In this document: in pieces, positions 1 through 10,733 of the stretch
Numbering within the stretch: position 1 is the first letter of the stretch
Layout: every line of letters begins with the position of its first letter
Assembly (NCBI GenBank): GCA_039931615.1
Contig: JBDTRR010000001.1
Span: 214,210 to 278,209 of the forward strand
Direction of reading: 5' to 3'
Source: Acidobacteriota bacterium
GTDB lineage: Bacteria; Acidobacteriota; Vicinamibacteria; Vicinamibacterales; CAVVIG01
DNA: 64,000 bases
Notes under the pieces: generated by a model
Told to the model about the DNA's origin: nothing
The model's database searches: none
What the model saw: only the letters and a program-made list of their open reading frames with translations
Made by a program: the position numbers and the translations under genes

Positions 1-348
1 CAGGGCCGCCTGCTGGGCGCTGAGCACTTGTCGCAGGGCCTCGCCGATTTGCCGCAGGTTCTCGGCGACGAAGTGCGGCGCGATGTTACGGGCGCGCAGC
101 ATCCCCGTCGTCCAGTGGGCGTACGCCTTCAATGGCTCCACCGACCCGCTCTCGATGGCGCTGGCCAGATAGCTCTGGTGATAGACGGCATCTTCGATGC
201 CCAGCCGGCGCCCGCGATCGCCATAGCGGGTCACCCAATCGGGATGACGGACGAAGAACGCGTCGGTCACCTGCTCGGCGACCGATTGCCGCGCCGCGTT
301 GATCGCTGCCGACAGGGCGATGCGCTCACCGAGCGAGAGTTCTGTCAT
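1..348 (-). CDS. Globin-like sensor domain protein (partial; 3' end beyond window start)
   Basis: ATG at 348..346 on minus strand overlaps TGA of upstream kinase (ATGA). Translation [109 protein letters not shown] has a globin-like pattern (AxH..G...I.P.HF..V.E.L). Runs off the window edge. Confidence 0.45.
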   Translation of the reverse strand, partial: MTELSLGERIALSAAINAARQSVAEQVTDAFFVRHPDWVTRYGDRGRRLGIEDAVYHQSYLASAIESGSVEPLKAYAHWTTGMLRARNIAPHFVAENLRQIGEALRQVLSAQQAAL

Positions 349-1607
349 CGTGCACTCCTGGTCTCCGCTGCCGCCGCCGGGGGCTGCGGCAGGGTGAAAG
401 CGAAGCGGCTGCCCTTGCCGAATTCGCTATCGACGGTGATTCGGCCGCCATGGGCCTCGACGAGGTGCTTGCAGATGGAGAGCCCGAGGCCCGAGCTCTG
501 CTCGTCGCCGGTCGGCCTGGTGCTGGTGCGCTGAAACGCGCCGAACAGCAACGGCAGTTCCTCGCGGCGGATGCCCTGTCCCTGATCGCTGACCGCCACT
601 GCCAGACCCGCATCGGTGGATCGGACGTCCAAGGTCACCGTCGTGCCGGGCCGCGAGAACTTGAAGGCGTTCCCAAGCAGGTTGTTGATCACCTGCCGGA
701 TGCGTTGAGGATCGAATGACACGACCGGTGATATCGGCCCGCACGTGACGGCCAGCCCGATGCCCTTGCGCCTGGCAAACAGCTCGTTGTACTTCGTGAT
801 GTCGCTCACGTAAGGGCCGATTTCGACCGGCCCGACCTGCAGATCGATCCGACCCGACTCGATCAGCGAGACGTCGAGGAGGTCGTTCAGCAGGGTCTGC
901 ATCTGCTGGGAGGTGTCGTAAATCAGGCCGACGAACTCCTTGGCCTCTTCGGCAGACACATCGTCGCCGCGGAGCAATTCGGCAAGGCTGTGAATGCCGC
1001 CAAGCGGCGTGCGCAGATCGTGCGCGGCGACGCCGAGCACCTGGTTCTTGATCCGGTTGGACTCTTCGAGCGCGATGTTCTTGTCGCTCAGCTCGCGCGT
1101 GCGCTGGCGGACCTTCTCCTCCAGCGTGGCGTTGGCCTGCTGCAGCTCGTCGATGAGACGGCGTCGTTCGCGCAAGAGGTGATGGTGTTCGAAGGCCTTC
1201 TCGACGACCGCTTCCAGCTCGGCGCCGGTCCAGGGCTTCGTCATGTAGAAGTAGATCTTCCCTTCGTTGACCCCCTCCACCACCGCCGGCAGGTCGGCGT
1301 AGCCCGTGAGCATGATCCGCGTCGCGTCCGGATTGCTGGCAGCAGCCGCGGCCAGAAACGCCGATCCGGTCATCCCGGGCATGCGCTGGTCGGAGATGAT
1401 CACGGCCACATTGCTGTTGGCAAGCTGGGCAAGCCCGTCGGCCGCGCTGGTGGTCGTGACCACCTCGCAACGATTCCTGAACAGGTCCGCGATGGACGAG
1501 CCGATCGCCGGCTCGTCGTCGACGACCAGCAGCCTCTCCTGCCGGCCCGCCGGATCGGCCGGCGCCGTCCGTGTGGGGCGGCCGAAACCCGGGCTCAGTG
1601 TGCTCAT
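345..1607 (-). CDS. Hybrid response regulator/histidine kinase (REC-HisKA-HATPase_c)
   Basis: N-terminal receiver ([11 protein letters not shown]...[12 protein letters not shown]...KPW), HisKA H-box (AAHDLRTPL), HATPase G-boxes ([22 protein letters not shown]). 15 bp downstream of the preceding kinase gene on the same strand. Confidence 0.85.
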   Translation of the reverse strand: MSTLSPGFGRPTRTAPADPAGRQERLLVVDDEPAIGSSIADLFRNRCEVVTTTSAADGLAQLANSNVAVIISDQRMPGMTGSAFLAAAAASNPDATRIMLTGYADLPAVVEGVNEGKIYFYMTKPWTGAELEAVVEKAFEHHHLLRERRRLIDELQQANATLEEKVRQRTRELSDKNIALEESNRIKNQVLGVAAHDLRTPLGGIHSLAELLRGDDVSAEEAKEFVGLIYDTSQQMQTLLNDLLDVSLIESGRIDLQVGPVEIGPYVSDITKYNELFARRKGIGLAVTCGPISPVVSFDPQRIRQVINNLLGNAFKFSRPGTTVTLDVRSTDAGLAVAVSDQGQGIRREELPLLFGAFQRTSTRPTGDEQSSGLGLSICKHLVEAHGGRITVDSEFGKGSRFAFTLPQPPAAAAETRSAR

Positions 1608-1621
1608 GCCGCTTCTTTCTA

Positions 1622-3241
1622 TCAGGCCTCGGACCTGGAATCCGGGGCGCGCGCCGCCTGGAACGGGATGCTGATCGTCACCGTCGTCCCGTCGCCGAGC
1701 CGGCTGTCGATCGTGATGTCGCCGTGGTGCGCCGTGACGACCTGGTGGGCGATGTGCAGCCCGAGCCCGGTGCCCGAGCCGACCGGCTTGGTCGTGAAGA
1801 ACGGCTCGAAGACTTTCGCCAGATGCTCCGGCGCGATGCCGGTGCCGTGATCGGCCACCGTGATCACGTATCGATCGCCGTGCCGGGCAGACGAGACGAC
1901 CACCTCGCCCTGCGGCGGGCTCGCCTGCACGGCATTGGCAATGACGTTGCCGAGCGCCTGATTCAGCATGGACGGCGAACAGTAGAGCGGCGGCAGGTCG
2001 GCCAGTTCGGTCCGCACCGTCACCCGGGCCTCTTCCAGCAGCGGCGAGAGGAACCGCAGGGTCGCCGCGATGCCGTCGCTGAGTCCGGCCAGCTTGAATT
2101 GGCTCTCATCGAGGCGCGAGAACCCTCGGAGGTCGAGCACAATCTGCTTGATCCGCTCGAGCCCCTCGAGGGTGTGGGCGATCTTCTGCGGGATGGCCTC
2201 GGCCAGATACGCCAGATCGATCTCTCCCGCCTTGAGCAACAGGCGCTCCTGGACGTCGGCGCACGCCGCGCCCAACACGTCCATCGAATCGCCGACAACA
2301 TTGATGAACGCCAGCAGGCTCTGGAAGTCCCGCAGGAGGGTCGTCTGGCTGCTCAGCACGAAGGCGAGCGGATTGTTGATCTCGTGCGCGACGCCGGCGG
2401 TCATCTGGCCAAGCGAGGCCATCTTCTCCTGATGCACGAGCATCGCCTGCGCTTCCTTGAGCTTGACCAGCGCCTTCTCGAGCTCGCGCTTCCTGCGAAC
2501 GTTCTCCCGGGACAGGGTGGCCAGGTCGTTATTGAGCTGCAGTAACTCGTCCTGCAGCTTCTCGGCTTTCCTCGTCGGTGGTTCGCCGACGATGACGATG
2601 CCGTCTGGTTGCACGTCGATGCGGCAGAGCATCGAATAGGGAGCGTTGGGACCGACGAAGTTGAGCACCGTCGTTGCGGCGACGGCGCCTTCGTCGCCCG
2701 CGATCGCCCGGCGGAGCGTATCGGCGTCGGCCACGACGAGGTAATCCCACAGGAGGCTGCCGGTAACCTCGTCGGTGGTACGGCCCACGCCGGTGGCGAA
2801 CGCGGCGTTGCTCGTGAGGATCGTGCCATCGGGCGCGGCGGCGATCAGGTGAACGGTCCCGCTGTCGCGGAGGAACTTGGCCAGCAGCGGCGCCGAGTCT
2901 GCGGTCAGGCACTCCATCCCTTTTGGGGCGGCCGGCGCGTCGATGCGATCGAGTTCGAGCAGTTGCGTGTACGCGGGATCGAGCTTCAGCCCCTTCGGCA
3001 TGAAGCGATGAGACTGATGGTGCGCCGGGCTGTGGTGCCATCGCTGAAACGAGGACGAATCGCTCCAGCGGGTCACCAGGTAGAAGACCGTGGGGTCCTC
3101 GCGGCCGGTAAACGTCTCCATCCCGAGAAAGCCGGGCACGCCGTCGACGATGTGCGGGCGATGGACGAACGCGTCCCTCACCTCGGCTTCCATGCCGTTG
3201 GCGACTCTGAAGCGCGAGAGGGCTAGAATCATGCGCTTCAC
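1622..3241 (-). CDS. Sensor histidine kinase with N-terminal ABM (antibiotic-biosynthesis-monooxygenase/heme-oxygenase-like) domain, PAS, HisKA, HATPase_c
   Basis: N-terminus [41 protein letters not shown]...[20 protein letters not shown] is ABM-like. A PAS-like region and coiled coil follow, then H-box [10 protein letters not shown] and ATPase motifs [19 protein letters not shown]. Confidence 0.85.
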   Translation of the reverse strand: MKRMILALSRFRVANGMEAEVRDAFVHRPHIVDGVPGFLGMETFTGREDPTVFYLVTRWSDSSSFQRWHHSPAHHQSHRFMPKGLKLDPAYTQLLELDRIDAPAAPKGMECLTADSAPLLAKFLRDSGTVHLIAAAPDGTILTSNAAFATGVGRTTDEVTGSLLWDYLVVADADTLRRAIAGDEGAVAATTVLNFVGPNAPYSMLCRIDVQPDGIVIVGEPPTRKAEKLQDELLQLNNDLATLSRENVRRKRELEKALVKLKEAQAMLVHQEKMASLGQMTAGVAHEINNPLAFVLSSQTTLLRDFQSLLAFINVVGDSMDVLGAACADVQERLLLKAGEIDLAYLAEAIPQKIAHTLEGLERIKQIVLDLRGFSRLDESQFKLAGLSDGIAATLRFLSPLLEEARVTVRTELADLPPLYCSPSMLNQALGNVIANAVQASPPQGEVVVSSARHGDRYVITVADHGTGIAPEHLAKVFEPFFTTKPVGSGTGLGLHIAHQVVTAHHGDITIDSRLGDGTTVTISIPFQAARAPDSRSEA

Positions 3242-3649
3242 CTATCGTGGAGACGGCTCGGACGACCATCACAACCGGCGCGCCGATACACGGAGCGGCC
3301 AGGCAACCGCAGCAGTTGCCATTATTGCCCGTCAGAACATCCAGGACTGTGCTAAACGACACAGCCAGTCGGGTCGGAGAGATGCGCTCGGCCACTGCCC
3401 CAACGGAAATTGTCATCAATTGTCACCGGGCCAAGACGCCGACCAGGGGGCCGAAGAACGGATATGATCCGCCGCAAGTCGGGGATCTGAGAGCATGCTC
3501 ACGATCCGCAATTCCCTTCGGCTACCCACCCGACATTCCGCTGGCAAAGCTAGGCAAGCGCATGGAAGGGTTCGTCGGCGGCCGTGTCATTGGGCGCCTG
3601 GTCGATTCATAGTTCTGATACCGTTCTCTGGTCCCACGGAGGGGCCGCC

Positions 3650-4669
3650 ATGCGCCAGTGCTACGTCGCGGTGTGTGCCGCGTTCGCGATCGTCAGCCTC
3701 GTCCTCGTCGCTCACGCGCAGGGACCAGCCGTCTCATCAGCGGGACGTGCCGGCCGCCGGACCTACCAGGTGCCGCGCACGCCGTGGGGTGATCCCGACC
3801 TCGAAGGTAAGTGGCCCGGCAGCCTTGCCTCCGGCATTCCGCTGCAGCGTGCCGAGTCACTCGGCACGCGCGACACGCTCAACGATGCGGAATTCGCCGA
3901 CCGCGTGGCGCAGGCCGAACGCCAGAAGGATCAAGACGTCGCCGGCTTCGACTTCGATCACCCGAGCGTTCCCTTCGGAGTGGTCGGTGGGGGGCAGTCG
4001 CCGCCGCAGCACTGGTTCGAACGGTCCGCGCCGCAACGCCAGGCGTCGTTGATCGTCGATCCGCCGAACGGCCGCCTGCCGGCCATGACGCCGGCCGCAC
4101 AGCAGCGCATCGCCCAGCGGCGCGCGCGCGAGAACGGCGACTCCGCCTCGTACACGGACTTCACCCTGACCGAGCGCTGCATCACGCGCGGCCTCACCGG
4201 CTCGGTCCTGCCCGGCGGCTACAACAACGGGAACCAGATCGTGCAGTCGCCCGGGTTCGTGACCTTCGTCAACGAGATGATCCACGAATCGCGCATCGTG
4301 CCGCTCGACGGGCGGCCCCATCCGGGTCCGGCCATTCGCACCTACCTGGGCGACTCGCGCGGCCAGTGGGACGGCGATACACTGGTGATCGAGACGACGA
4401 ACTTCCTCGACCGGGCGGGTGTGGGCATGAGCGGCGCCGGCGCCAGCGACGCGCTGCAGATCACGGAACGCTTGACGCGCACCAGTGCCACGACCCTCGA
4501 TTACTCGCTGACCGTCAGCGACCCGGTGACGTGGACCGCGCCCTTCACGATCCGCTTCGACCTCGGCCGTGACGACCGCTATGGCATGTTCGAGTACGCG
4601 TGCCACGAGGGAAACTACGCGCTGCAGAACATCATGAGTGGCCAGCGCTTCGAGGAACGCAGTCGCTGA
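3650..4669 (+). CDS. Exported hypothetical protein (paralogue of 18095..18988)
   Basis: ATG at 3650 preceded by GGAGGGG. Signal peptide MRQCYVAVCAAFAIVSLVLVAHAQG. Shares blocks with the 18095 gene (DGRPHPGPAIRTYLGDSRGQWDGDTLVIETTNFLD, ITERLTR..TLDYSLTVSDPVTWTAPFTIRFDL, EYACHEGNYAL). No family recognised. Confidence 0.6.
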   Translation: MRQCYVAVCAAFAIVSLVLVAHAQGPAVSSAGRAGRRTYQVPRTPWGDPDLEGKWPGSLASGIPLQRAESLGTRDTLNDAEFADRVAQAERQKDQDVAGFDFDHPSVPFGVVGGGQSPPQHWFERSAPQRQASLIVDPPNGRLPAMTPAAQQRIAQRRARENGDSASYTDFTLTERCITRGLTGSVLPGGYNNGNQIVQSPGFVTFVNEMIHESRIVPLDGRPHPGPAIRTYLGDSRGQWDGDTLVIETTNFLDRAGVGMSGAGASDALQITERLTRTSATTLDYSLTVSDPVTWTAPFTIRFDLGRDDRYGMFEYACHEGNYALQNIMSGQRFEERSR

Positions 4670-4702
4670 CCTGGTCGGCTTCACTCTGAGGGCAATCACC
4701 GC

Positions 4703-6229
4703 ATGAAGTTGACGTCGATGGCGTGCGTAGTGGCCGTCGTGGCCTGCCTCCCCGCGAGCAGCGCGTTTGCCGCCACCTGCGAGAACCTCGCGAAGCTCGC
4801 GCTCAAGGACACGGCCGTCACCAAGGTGGAGGTGGTCGCGCCTGGCACGTTCCAGCCGCCCGACGGCCAACCGCGTGGCCGGAACCCGTATCAGGCGCTG
4901 GGTCAGTTCTGCCGCGTCGCGGCGACGCTGACGCCGACGAGCGACTCCGACATCAAGATCGAGATCTGGCTCCCGGCCAGCGGATGGAACGGGAAGTTCC
5001 AGGCGGTCGGCAACGGAGGCTGGGCAGGCATCATCAGCTACGCGGAGATGGCCGAGGCGCTGCAGAGCGGCTATGCCACGGCGTCGACCGACACCGGGCA
5101 CGCCGGAGGCCGCGGCACGTTCGCGCTCGGGCATCCTGAAAAGCTCGTCGACTTCGCGTGGCGTTCCGAGCACGAGATGACCGCCAAGGCCAAGGAGGTG
5201 GTCAACGCCTTCTACGGCTCGGCGCCGAAGCTGTCCTATTGGAACGGCTGTTCGACGGGCGGACGGCAGGGGCTCAAGCTCGCTCAGATGTTTCCCGATG
5301 ACTACGACGGGATCATCGCCGGTGCGCCGGCCAATCGCACCGCCATCTCGCTCTGGATCGCGGACGCGGTACTGAGAGATCCTGCCAGGTACATTCCGCC
5401 GGCCAGGTATGCCGTCATCCACCAGGCGGTGCTCGCCGCGTGCGACGCGGGCGACGGGGTGAAGGACGGCCTGATCGACGATCCGCGGCGATGCCGGTTC
5501 GACCCGGCGGTGCTGCTCTGCAAGGAAGGGGACGGCCCGGCGTGCCTCACGGCGCCACAGGTCGCGGCGGCCAAGCAGATCTACGCGAATGCCGTGAACC
5601 CGCGGACCAAGAAGGAGCTCTTCTCGTCGTTCGTGCCGGGCAGCGAACTCGGGTGGGGTGCGCAGGCGGCCGGCCCCGACGTGCAGGCCATGACCTACGA
5701 CCAGTATCGCTACGTCGTGTTCAAGGATCCGAACTGGGATTGGAAGACGTTCGACTTCGACCAGGACGTCGTGACCGGCGATCAGCCGGAGAACCTGATC
5801 ATGAACGCCACGAACCCGGACATGCAGGCGTTCTTCTCACACGGCGGCAAGTTGATCATGTACCACGGCTGGAGCGACCCGCTCGTGCCGCCGGTGAACA
5901 CCATCAAGTACTACGACCAGGTCGTGGCACAGATGGGCGGCGCGGCCAAGGCGGCGGGGCACGTGCGGCTCTTCATGGCGCCCGGCATGGGTCACTGCGG
6001 CGGCGGAGAAGGCCCCGACACGTTCAACAAGGTCAAGGCGATCGAGGACTGGGTGGAGCGCGGCAAGGCGCCCGCGCGCTTCGAGGCGTCACACAGCACC
6101 AACGGGCGCGTCGACCGCACGCGTCCACTTTGTCCATATCCGCAGGTGGCCCGGTACTCAGGGACGGGCAGCATCGACGACGCCACCAACTTCAGGTGCG
6201 TGTCGCCGCAAACGGCTGGCACCCAGTGA
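4703..6229 (+). CDS. Tannase/feruloyl esterase family alpha/beta hydrolase (secreted)
   Basis: Signal peptide [23 protein letters not shown]. Nucleophile elbow GCSTGGRQG and overall similarity to the tannase/feruloyl esterase family. 508 aa. Confidence 0.85.
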   Translation: MKLTSMACVVAVVACLPASSAFAATCENLAKLALKDTAVTKVEVVAPGTFQPPDGQPRGRNPYQALGQFCRVAATLTPTSDSDIKIEIWLPASGWNGKFQAVGNGGWAGIISYAEMAEALQSGYATASTDTGHAGGRGTFALGHPEKLVDFAWRSEHEMTAKAKEVVNAFYGSAPKLSYWNGCSTGGRQGLKLAQMFPDDYDGIIAGAPANRTAISLWIADAVLRDPARYIPPARYAVIHQAVLAACDAGDGVKDGLIDDPRRCRFDPAVLLCKEGDGPACLTAPQVAAAKQIYANAVNPRTKKELFSSFVPGSELGWGAQAAGPDVQAMTYDQYRYVVFKDPNWDWKTFDFDQDVVTGDQPENLIMNATNPDMQAFFSHGGKLIMYHGWSDPLVPPVNTIKYYDQVVAQMGGAAKAAGHVRLFMAPGMGHCGGGEGPDTFNKVKAIEDWVERGKAPARFEASHSTNGRVDRTRPLCPYPQVARYSGTGSIDDATNFRCVSPQTAGTQ

Positions 6230-6330
6230 GCATCTCGAAGAGCACGCATCCAAACGCCCAGATATCGGTTCGGCGATCCGCCTTCTGGCCGCGCGCCTGC
6301 TCCGGACTCATGTATAGAGAACCAGGACTT
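6193..6330 (-). pseudogene. Remnant of a Hanks-type Ser/Thr kinase (C-lobe subdomains VIII-X only)
   Basis: Minus-strand frame gives (stop)[45 protein letters not shown](stop). This has the canonical G(T/S)xxYMSPE and DIWAxGCVLxEMLTG motifs. No N-lobe is upstream. It overlaps the 3' end of the tannase gene on the opposite strand. Confidence 0.4.
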
Positions 6331-6946
6331 CAAGACGACTGGCCGCAATAAGAAGAAAATATCTCGATCATCCGAGACTGGCGGCTCCGGAACGCCTCTC
6401 GTGGCCGCTCGTCTCGGGAGCCTTCCTTTGCACGGACTGGGTACGCGTCCGTTGAAGCGGCAGGAACGGTAACGTAACCCGCTGCCATCGCGGGTATCGG
6501 GCTGATCGCGGTTCTGGCGCTTCAGGCCGTCCTGGTCACGGCGACGGTTCTGCCACGCAGCCTTGCCGCTCTGATACGCCCGCCGGGTTGGTATCGCCCA
6601 GACTGTGGTTCGTCGCGGCGCTGCCTCGCCCTGGCCACGGACGTATCGATGGTGCGGATGTCGATAACGACCTCGAGGGTTGACCTGCTAGAAGTTCGCC
6701 GGTTCGATCGCCCCGAGCCGCCGCAACTGCAAACCGCTGATTCCACATTGCGATTTGATGTCACCGAATCGAGGCCGCTCCATGGAATGACGTCAGTCCG
6801 ACAGCGAGGACCGCGAGTTCTGCGGTTCTCGGGTACGCTGTTGGCATCAACGGAGCACTGTGCGACGAGTCTTTGAGAGCTCCGCCGCCGGGGTGTGAAC
6901 GATCCAGCCCTCCGGCACTCCCAAAAGGGCAAGCCCCCGGCCATTT

Positions 6947-7837
6947 ATGCCGCGAATCGACCCCACGATTGATTTTGATCCCAATTCGCCGCCCTTCGAT
7001 CAATTCAAGGGCATTCAACTGCTGGCCCACGACCGCCGCGGTCACGTCTCGTTTGAAACCGCCCGCCACCACCTCTACGTCGGGCGCCATAAACAGACCC
7101 AGGAGGACGTGCTCATCAAGATCACCTCCAGGCCCGGGCTCACCTACCAGGACAATCTGAAGAATGAGATCGCGACCCTGCTGACCATCAATGGCTCGAT
7201 GCCCGACTCGCCCTATTTTCCGCTCATCCGGGAACACGGCAAGGTGCGCGACGGCAGGATCTATATCATCTCGTCTTTCTTCGCTGAATTTCCGCTGGCG
7301 ACAGCGATCGGTCCGGAACGGATCCCCGGCCGCACCGTCGCCTACCTGCGCACGGCGTTGGAAATCGCGCACGCGCTGGAAGAATTGCACGGCCTGCAGA
7401 TCTACCATGTCGACTTGAATCCGATGAATGTCCTGCTCCGGCTGGCACGGGACCGGCCGATCATCCGGATTATCGATTTCGAATCTTCCTATGAGTCGGC
7501 CCGGCATTCAGCCGACGTCTTTTACAACCCGCCCAACACCCCCGGCTACTCCGCGCCGGAGATATTCCATCAGGCCCCCGATGCCCGTTCGGATGTGTTT
7601 TCACTGGGCGCGGTGCTGTATACGATGCTGGCCGGCTACAAATGGACCTGGGGCGCCGACGTGGCCGGGCGCGTCACGGACGATGCCGAGATTGATTCGG
7701 ACCTCAAGGACATCCTGCTCAAAGCGACCGATTCGAATCCCGACCATCGCTACCGGTCGATGGCCGGGTTCCACGGTGATCTCGCGGATCATCTGGAACG
7801 CATTTGGCCGGGAAGAAGCGTCGGCGGGTCCTGGTAA
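6947..7837 (+). CDS. Divergent stand-alone protein-kinase-like protein (ePK fold, atypical motifs) on a low-GC island
   Basis: VLIKIT (beta3 Lys), LKNEIATL (alphaC Glu), YHVDLNPMNVLL in place of HRDLKPxN, IIDFES in place of DFG, GYSAPE (APE), SDVFSLGAVLY. No glycine-rich loop. GC ~57% with many A/T-ending codons versus ~70% in flanks. Confidence 0.7.
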   Translation: MPRIDPTIDFDPNSPPFDQFKGIQLLAHDRRGHVSFETARHHLYVGRHKQTQEDVLIKITSRPGLTYQDNLKNEIATLLTINGSMPDSPYFPLIREHGKVRDGRIYIISSFFAEFPLATAIGPERIPGRTVAYLRTALEIAHALEELHGLQIYHVDLNPMNVLLRLARDRPIIRIIDFESSYESARHSADVFYNPPNTPGYSAPEIFHQAPDARSDVFSLGAVLYTMLAGYKWTWGADVAGRVTDDAEIDSDLKDILLKATDSNPDHRYRSMAGFHGDLADHLERIWPGRSVGGSW

Positions 7838-8081
7838 CGCGACCGATCCCTTCAGCCAGAAACTGCTCGCGCAGTATGACTCGCTCTACCCGGGGCACGC
7901 GAAGTTCACGGGCGGCAGCGCGTGTTCCGGACTTTCCGGCACTCTTGCCGGAAGATCGTCACTGCTGCGCCCCCGCTGCGGGCTGACCGGCGCGTCGCTG
8001 TAACGCGGCGGCGGTTGAGAAGCGGTATTCTTTCCCGGTAATCTTGCCAACCGACATTGATTATCGCGGGGTCAGCCACTC

Positions 8082-10049
8082 ATGCAATCTTTCGGAACCG
8101 CATTGTTCTGTCTTCTCACGGCGTCCGTTGCGAATGTGCTGTTCGCGCAGTCTCAGGGCTCAGTGGCGCAGCCGGGCGCCGTCGATCTCGAGCTGCCGAC
8201 GACGCAAGCGATCGGCGTCGAGTGGCGCATTCAGGGCGACGACAACCGCAATGCGTCCGTCGCTGTGGCGTGGCGCCGGACCGGCGACACGGCGTGGCGT
8301 GACGGTCTGCCGCTGCTTCGGTTGCAGGCCGAAGCAGTGCAGCAGGGCGCATCCTTTCATTACGTGGCGCCGAACATGTTCGCGGGCAGCGTGTTCGACC
8401 TCGAACCCAACACGTCGTATGACGTTCGGCTGCGGCTGACGGACCCGGACGCGCCGGCGGGCACTTCGCCCGTCGAGCGAACGGTCGCGGCCCGCACGAG
8501 ACCGGTCCCGAAACCCGCGACGGGCGGTGCGGTTTATCACGTGTATCCGCGCGATTACACCGGCCCGAAGCTGGAGCCGAGCTTCAACTCCCTGATGGCG
8601 GCGTACAACACCGGCGCGAACGGCGCCGATTTCGTCAATTCGTTTCAGCCGCGTGTGAAGCCGGGCGATGTCATCCTGGTTCACGCCGGGACGTATCGAG
8701 AGGATCGGCGGCGCTACGCGGGGCCGAACTCGACTCTGTTCGACGGCACGTTTTATCTCACCGCCGACGGCGCGGCGGACAAACCCATCGTCATCAAGAG
8801 CGCGGGGGACGGCGACGTCATCTTCGATGGCGGCGGCAACGCAGTGTTGTTCGATCTGACCGCGGCCGACTACCACTACGTCGAAGGGATTACGGTCCGC
8901 AACACGGATGTCGCCTTTCTACTCGGGCACAAACGCATCCTCGGCGCCGTTGGATTCACACTGAAGAATTCCCGGATCGAGAACGTCGGACGCGGCGTCT
9001 TCACCGATTGGGGCGGAGCGCGTGACTTCTACATCGCCGATAACGTTTTCATCGGCCGCAACGATCCGACGCGGCTGATGGGATGGATCGGACGCACCTG
9101 GCAAGACCTGCCGGGTTTTCCTCAACCGCTGCTCTCCGAGTACGGCGTGAAGGTTTACGGCTCGGGCCACGTGATCGCCCACAACCGCGTCGAGAACTTT
9201 CACGATGGAATCGACCACGCGACGTACGGCGATCCCGACGGCTGGCCGGAGAACCCGATCATGCCGGTTTCGACGGACATCATCGGAAACGATATCCGCA
9301 ACGTCGATGACAACTGCATCGAAGCCGACGGGAGCGCGCAGAATTTCCGCATCATCGAGAATCGATGCTTCAATATGGCGCATCGCGCGCTCTCCACGCA
9401 GCCCGCGCTGGGCGGGCCGATCTACTTCATCCGAAACATCGTCTACAACGCTCCCGAAGGCGGCGCCCTCAAAATCACGGCAAATTCGGCCGGCGTACTC
9501 GTCTATAACAACACGTTCCTTTCGGAAGTTCATCAGATGGGACCGGCGTCGAATCTCCACTTCCGGAACAATCTTGTTCTGGCGCAAGGCGCGTGGCCCG
9601 AGGTCTTCTCGATCGAGACGTTCACGCCGTGGTCGACTTCTGATTACAACGGATTTAGTTTGTCCGCTGCCGCCGGTTCTTCGCTGTTCGCCTGGGCGGC
9701 GCCGGCTGACGCTGCGGTCACGTACGAGGCCCGGGCAGCGCGTCCGGTTCAGTCGTTCGCCGACTTGAAGATCTACTCGGATCGCACTGGCCAGGATCGG
9801 CAGAGCCGAATGATCGACTGGTCGATATTCCGCAAAGCCAGTCCGCCGGCGAAGGGCGATCCCACGCGGCTGTATCGACCGGAAGACCAGGACTTCACGC
9901 TGGCTGCCGGATCCGGGGCAATCGATGCGGGTACGGTTCTGCCCGGCGTCACAGATGGCTTTACGGGCACGGCGCCGGACCTGGGCGCGCTGGAATCGGG
10001 GCGGGTCGTTCCGGCTTATGGCCCGCGGCCGCTTTCGGATCAACCGTAA
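8082..10049 (+). CDS. Secreted right-handed parallel beta-helix protein with N-terminal FN3/PAP-like domain (putative polysaccharide-active)
   Basis: Signal peptide MQSFGTALFCLLTASVANVLFAQS. N-terminal beta-sandwich region (NTSYDVRLRLTDPDAP). Repeated beta-helix turns (NNTFL, FRNNLV, IIGNDIRN). Confidence 0.7.
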   Translation: MQSFGTALFCLLTASVANVLFAQSQGSVAQPGAVDLELPTTQAIGVEWRIQGDDNRNASVAVAWRRTGDTAWRDGLPLLRLQAEAVQQGASFHYVAPNMFAGSVFDLEPNTSYDVRLRLTDPDAPAGTSPVERTVAARTRPVPKPATGGAVYHVYPRDYTGPKLEPSFNSLMAAYNTGANGADFVNSFQPRVKPGDVILVHAGTYREDRRRYAGPNSTLFDGTFYLTADGAADKPIVIKSAGDGDVIFDGGGNAVLFDLTAADYHYVEGITVRNTDVAFLLGHKRILGAVGFTLKNSRIENVGRGVFTDWGGARDFYIADNVFIGRNDPTRLMGWIGRTWQDLPGFPQPLLSEYGVKVYGSGHVIAHNRVENFHDGIDHATYGDPDGWPENPIMPVSTDIIGNDIRNVDDNCIEADGSAQNFRIIENRCFNMAHRALSTQPALGGPIYFIRNIVYNAPEGGALKITANSAGVLVYNNTFLSEVHQMGPASNLHFRNNLVLAQGAWPEVFSIETFTPWSTSDYNGFSLSAAAGSSLFAWAAPADAAVTYEARAARPVQSFADLKIYSDRTGQDRQSRMIDWSIFRKASPPAKGDPTRLYRPEDQDFTLAAGSGAIDAGTVLPGVTDGFTGTAPDLGALESGRVVPAYGPRPLSDQP

Positions 10050-10299
10050 CGTCCTGTCACTTCCGGCCGATGAACGACCGGAGCATCGGGACCATATGAA
10101 ATGGTTGCTGGGCATCGCGCGGCAGTTGATCCCTGGCGTGAATCGATGGAGGGACCGCTTCGGCATCGGCGATTTCCGAGACGTGCCCCAGGCCAGCGGA
10201 CCCCAGGTGCGCAAGCAGGGGATCGACGAACCGCAGACGCGCATCGCGCCGCGCCGCGGTCGTATTCCCTCGAACACGTACCGAGGCGTCGACAAACGA

Positions 10300-10620
10300 G
10301 ATGGCTGACGAGCGCTCCGGCCATGACGCCGATCGCGACCAGGGCGCCCATTGACGCGGTCGCGGACACCATCAAGAAACGGACGCGATCAGCTCGACCA
10401 CGCCCGAGCCGATCCGTCCCCAGTGCTCGACTCCGGCAACGCCCAGAAGCTGACCCAGTGTGCCGAAGATGTGGACCGATTCTTCGGCGCCCGTAAACTT
10501 GAAGAACAGGGTTGCAGCAGGATCGCGGCCACCAGAAACCGCACGATCCAGCTGACGACGGCTTCGGCCTTCGAGAGCTTGTTCAGGCCGGTTGGATGAC
10601 GCTGGCGGCGGCGTTACACC
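10300..10620 (-). pseudogene. DoxX-family membrane protein gene disrupted by two frameshifts (tentative)
   Basis: Three consecutive minus-strand frames each give DoxX-like hydrophobic segments: AVVSWIVRFLVAAILLQ, then LFFKFTGAEESVHIFGTLGQLLGVAGVEHWGRIGSGVVELIASVS(stop), then MVSATASMGALVAIGVMAGALVSHLV. Read by eye only. Confidence 0.3.
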
Positions 10621-10733
10621 GCGCGACGACTGTAACGCGCAGTCCGTTCAGGCATCCAAAGGGGGGGCCGACCTGGGGGGCCGATGGACCCACCTCGACG
10701 ATTTGGGCCGAAGATCAGATTGGCCGGGGCCGT

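Noticed and set aside
28-534. 168-aa plus-strand ORF at the window start
   Set aside because: Composition is unprotein-like (Arg/Gly/Pro-rich). The opposite strand encodes a convincing globin-like protein translationally coupled to the kinase gene.
427-2545. Long alternative-frame ORFs (427..1470 -, 990..1850 +, 1571..2545 +) inside the two kinase genes
   Set aside because: They overlap well-supported kinase CDSs in other frames. They are Arg/Pro/Gly-rich translations typical of high-GC antisense or shifted frames.
3857-5422. 521-aa minus-strand ORF
   Set aside because: Antisense to the exported paralogue and tannase genes. No domain signatures.
8919-10295. 458-aa minus-strand ORF
   Set aside because: Antisense to the beta-helix protein gene. 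Arg-rich low-complexity translation.
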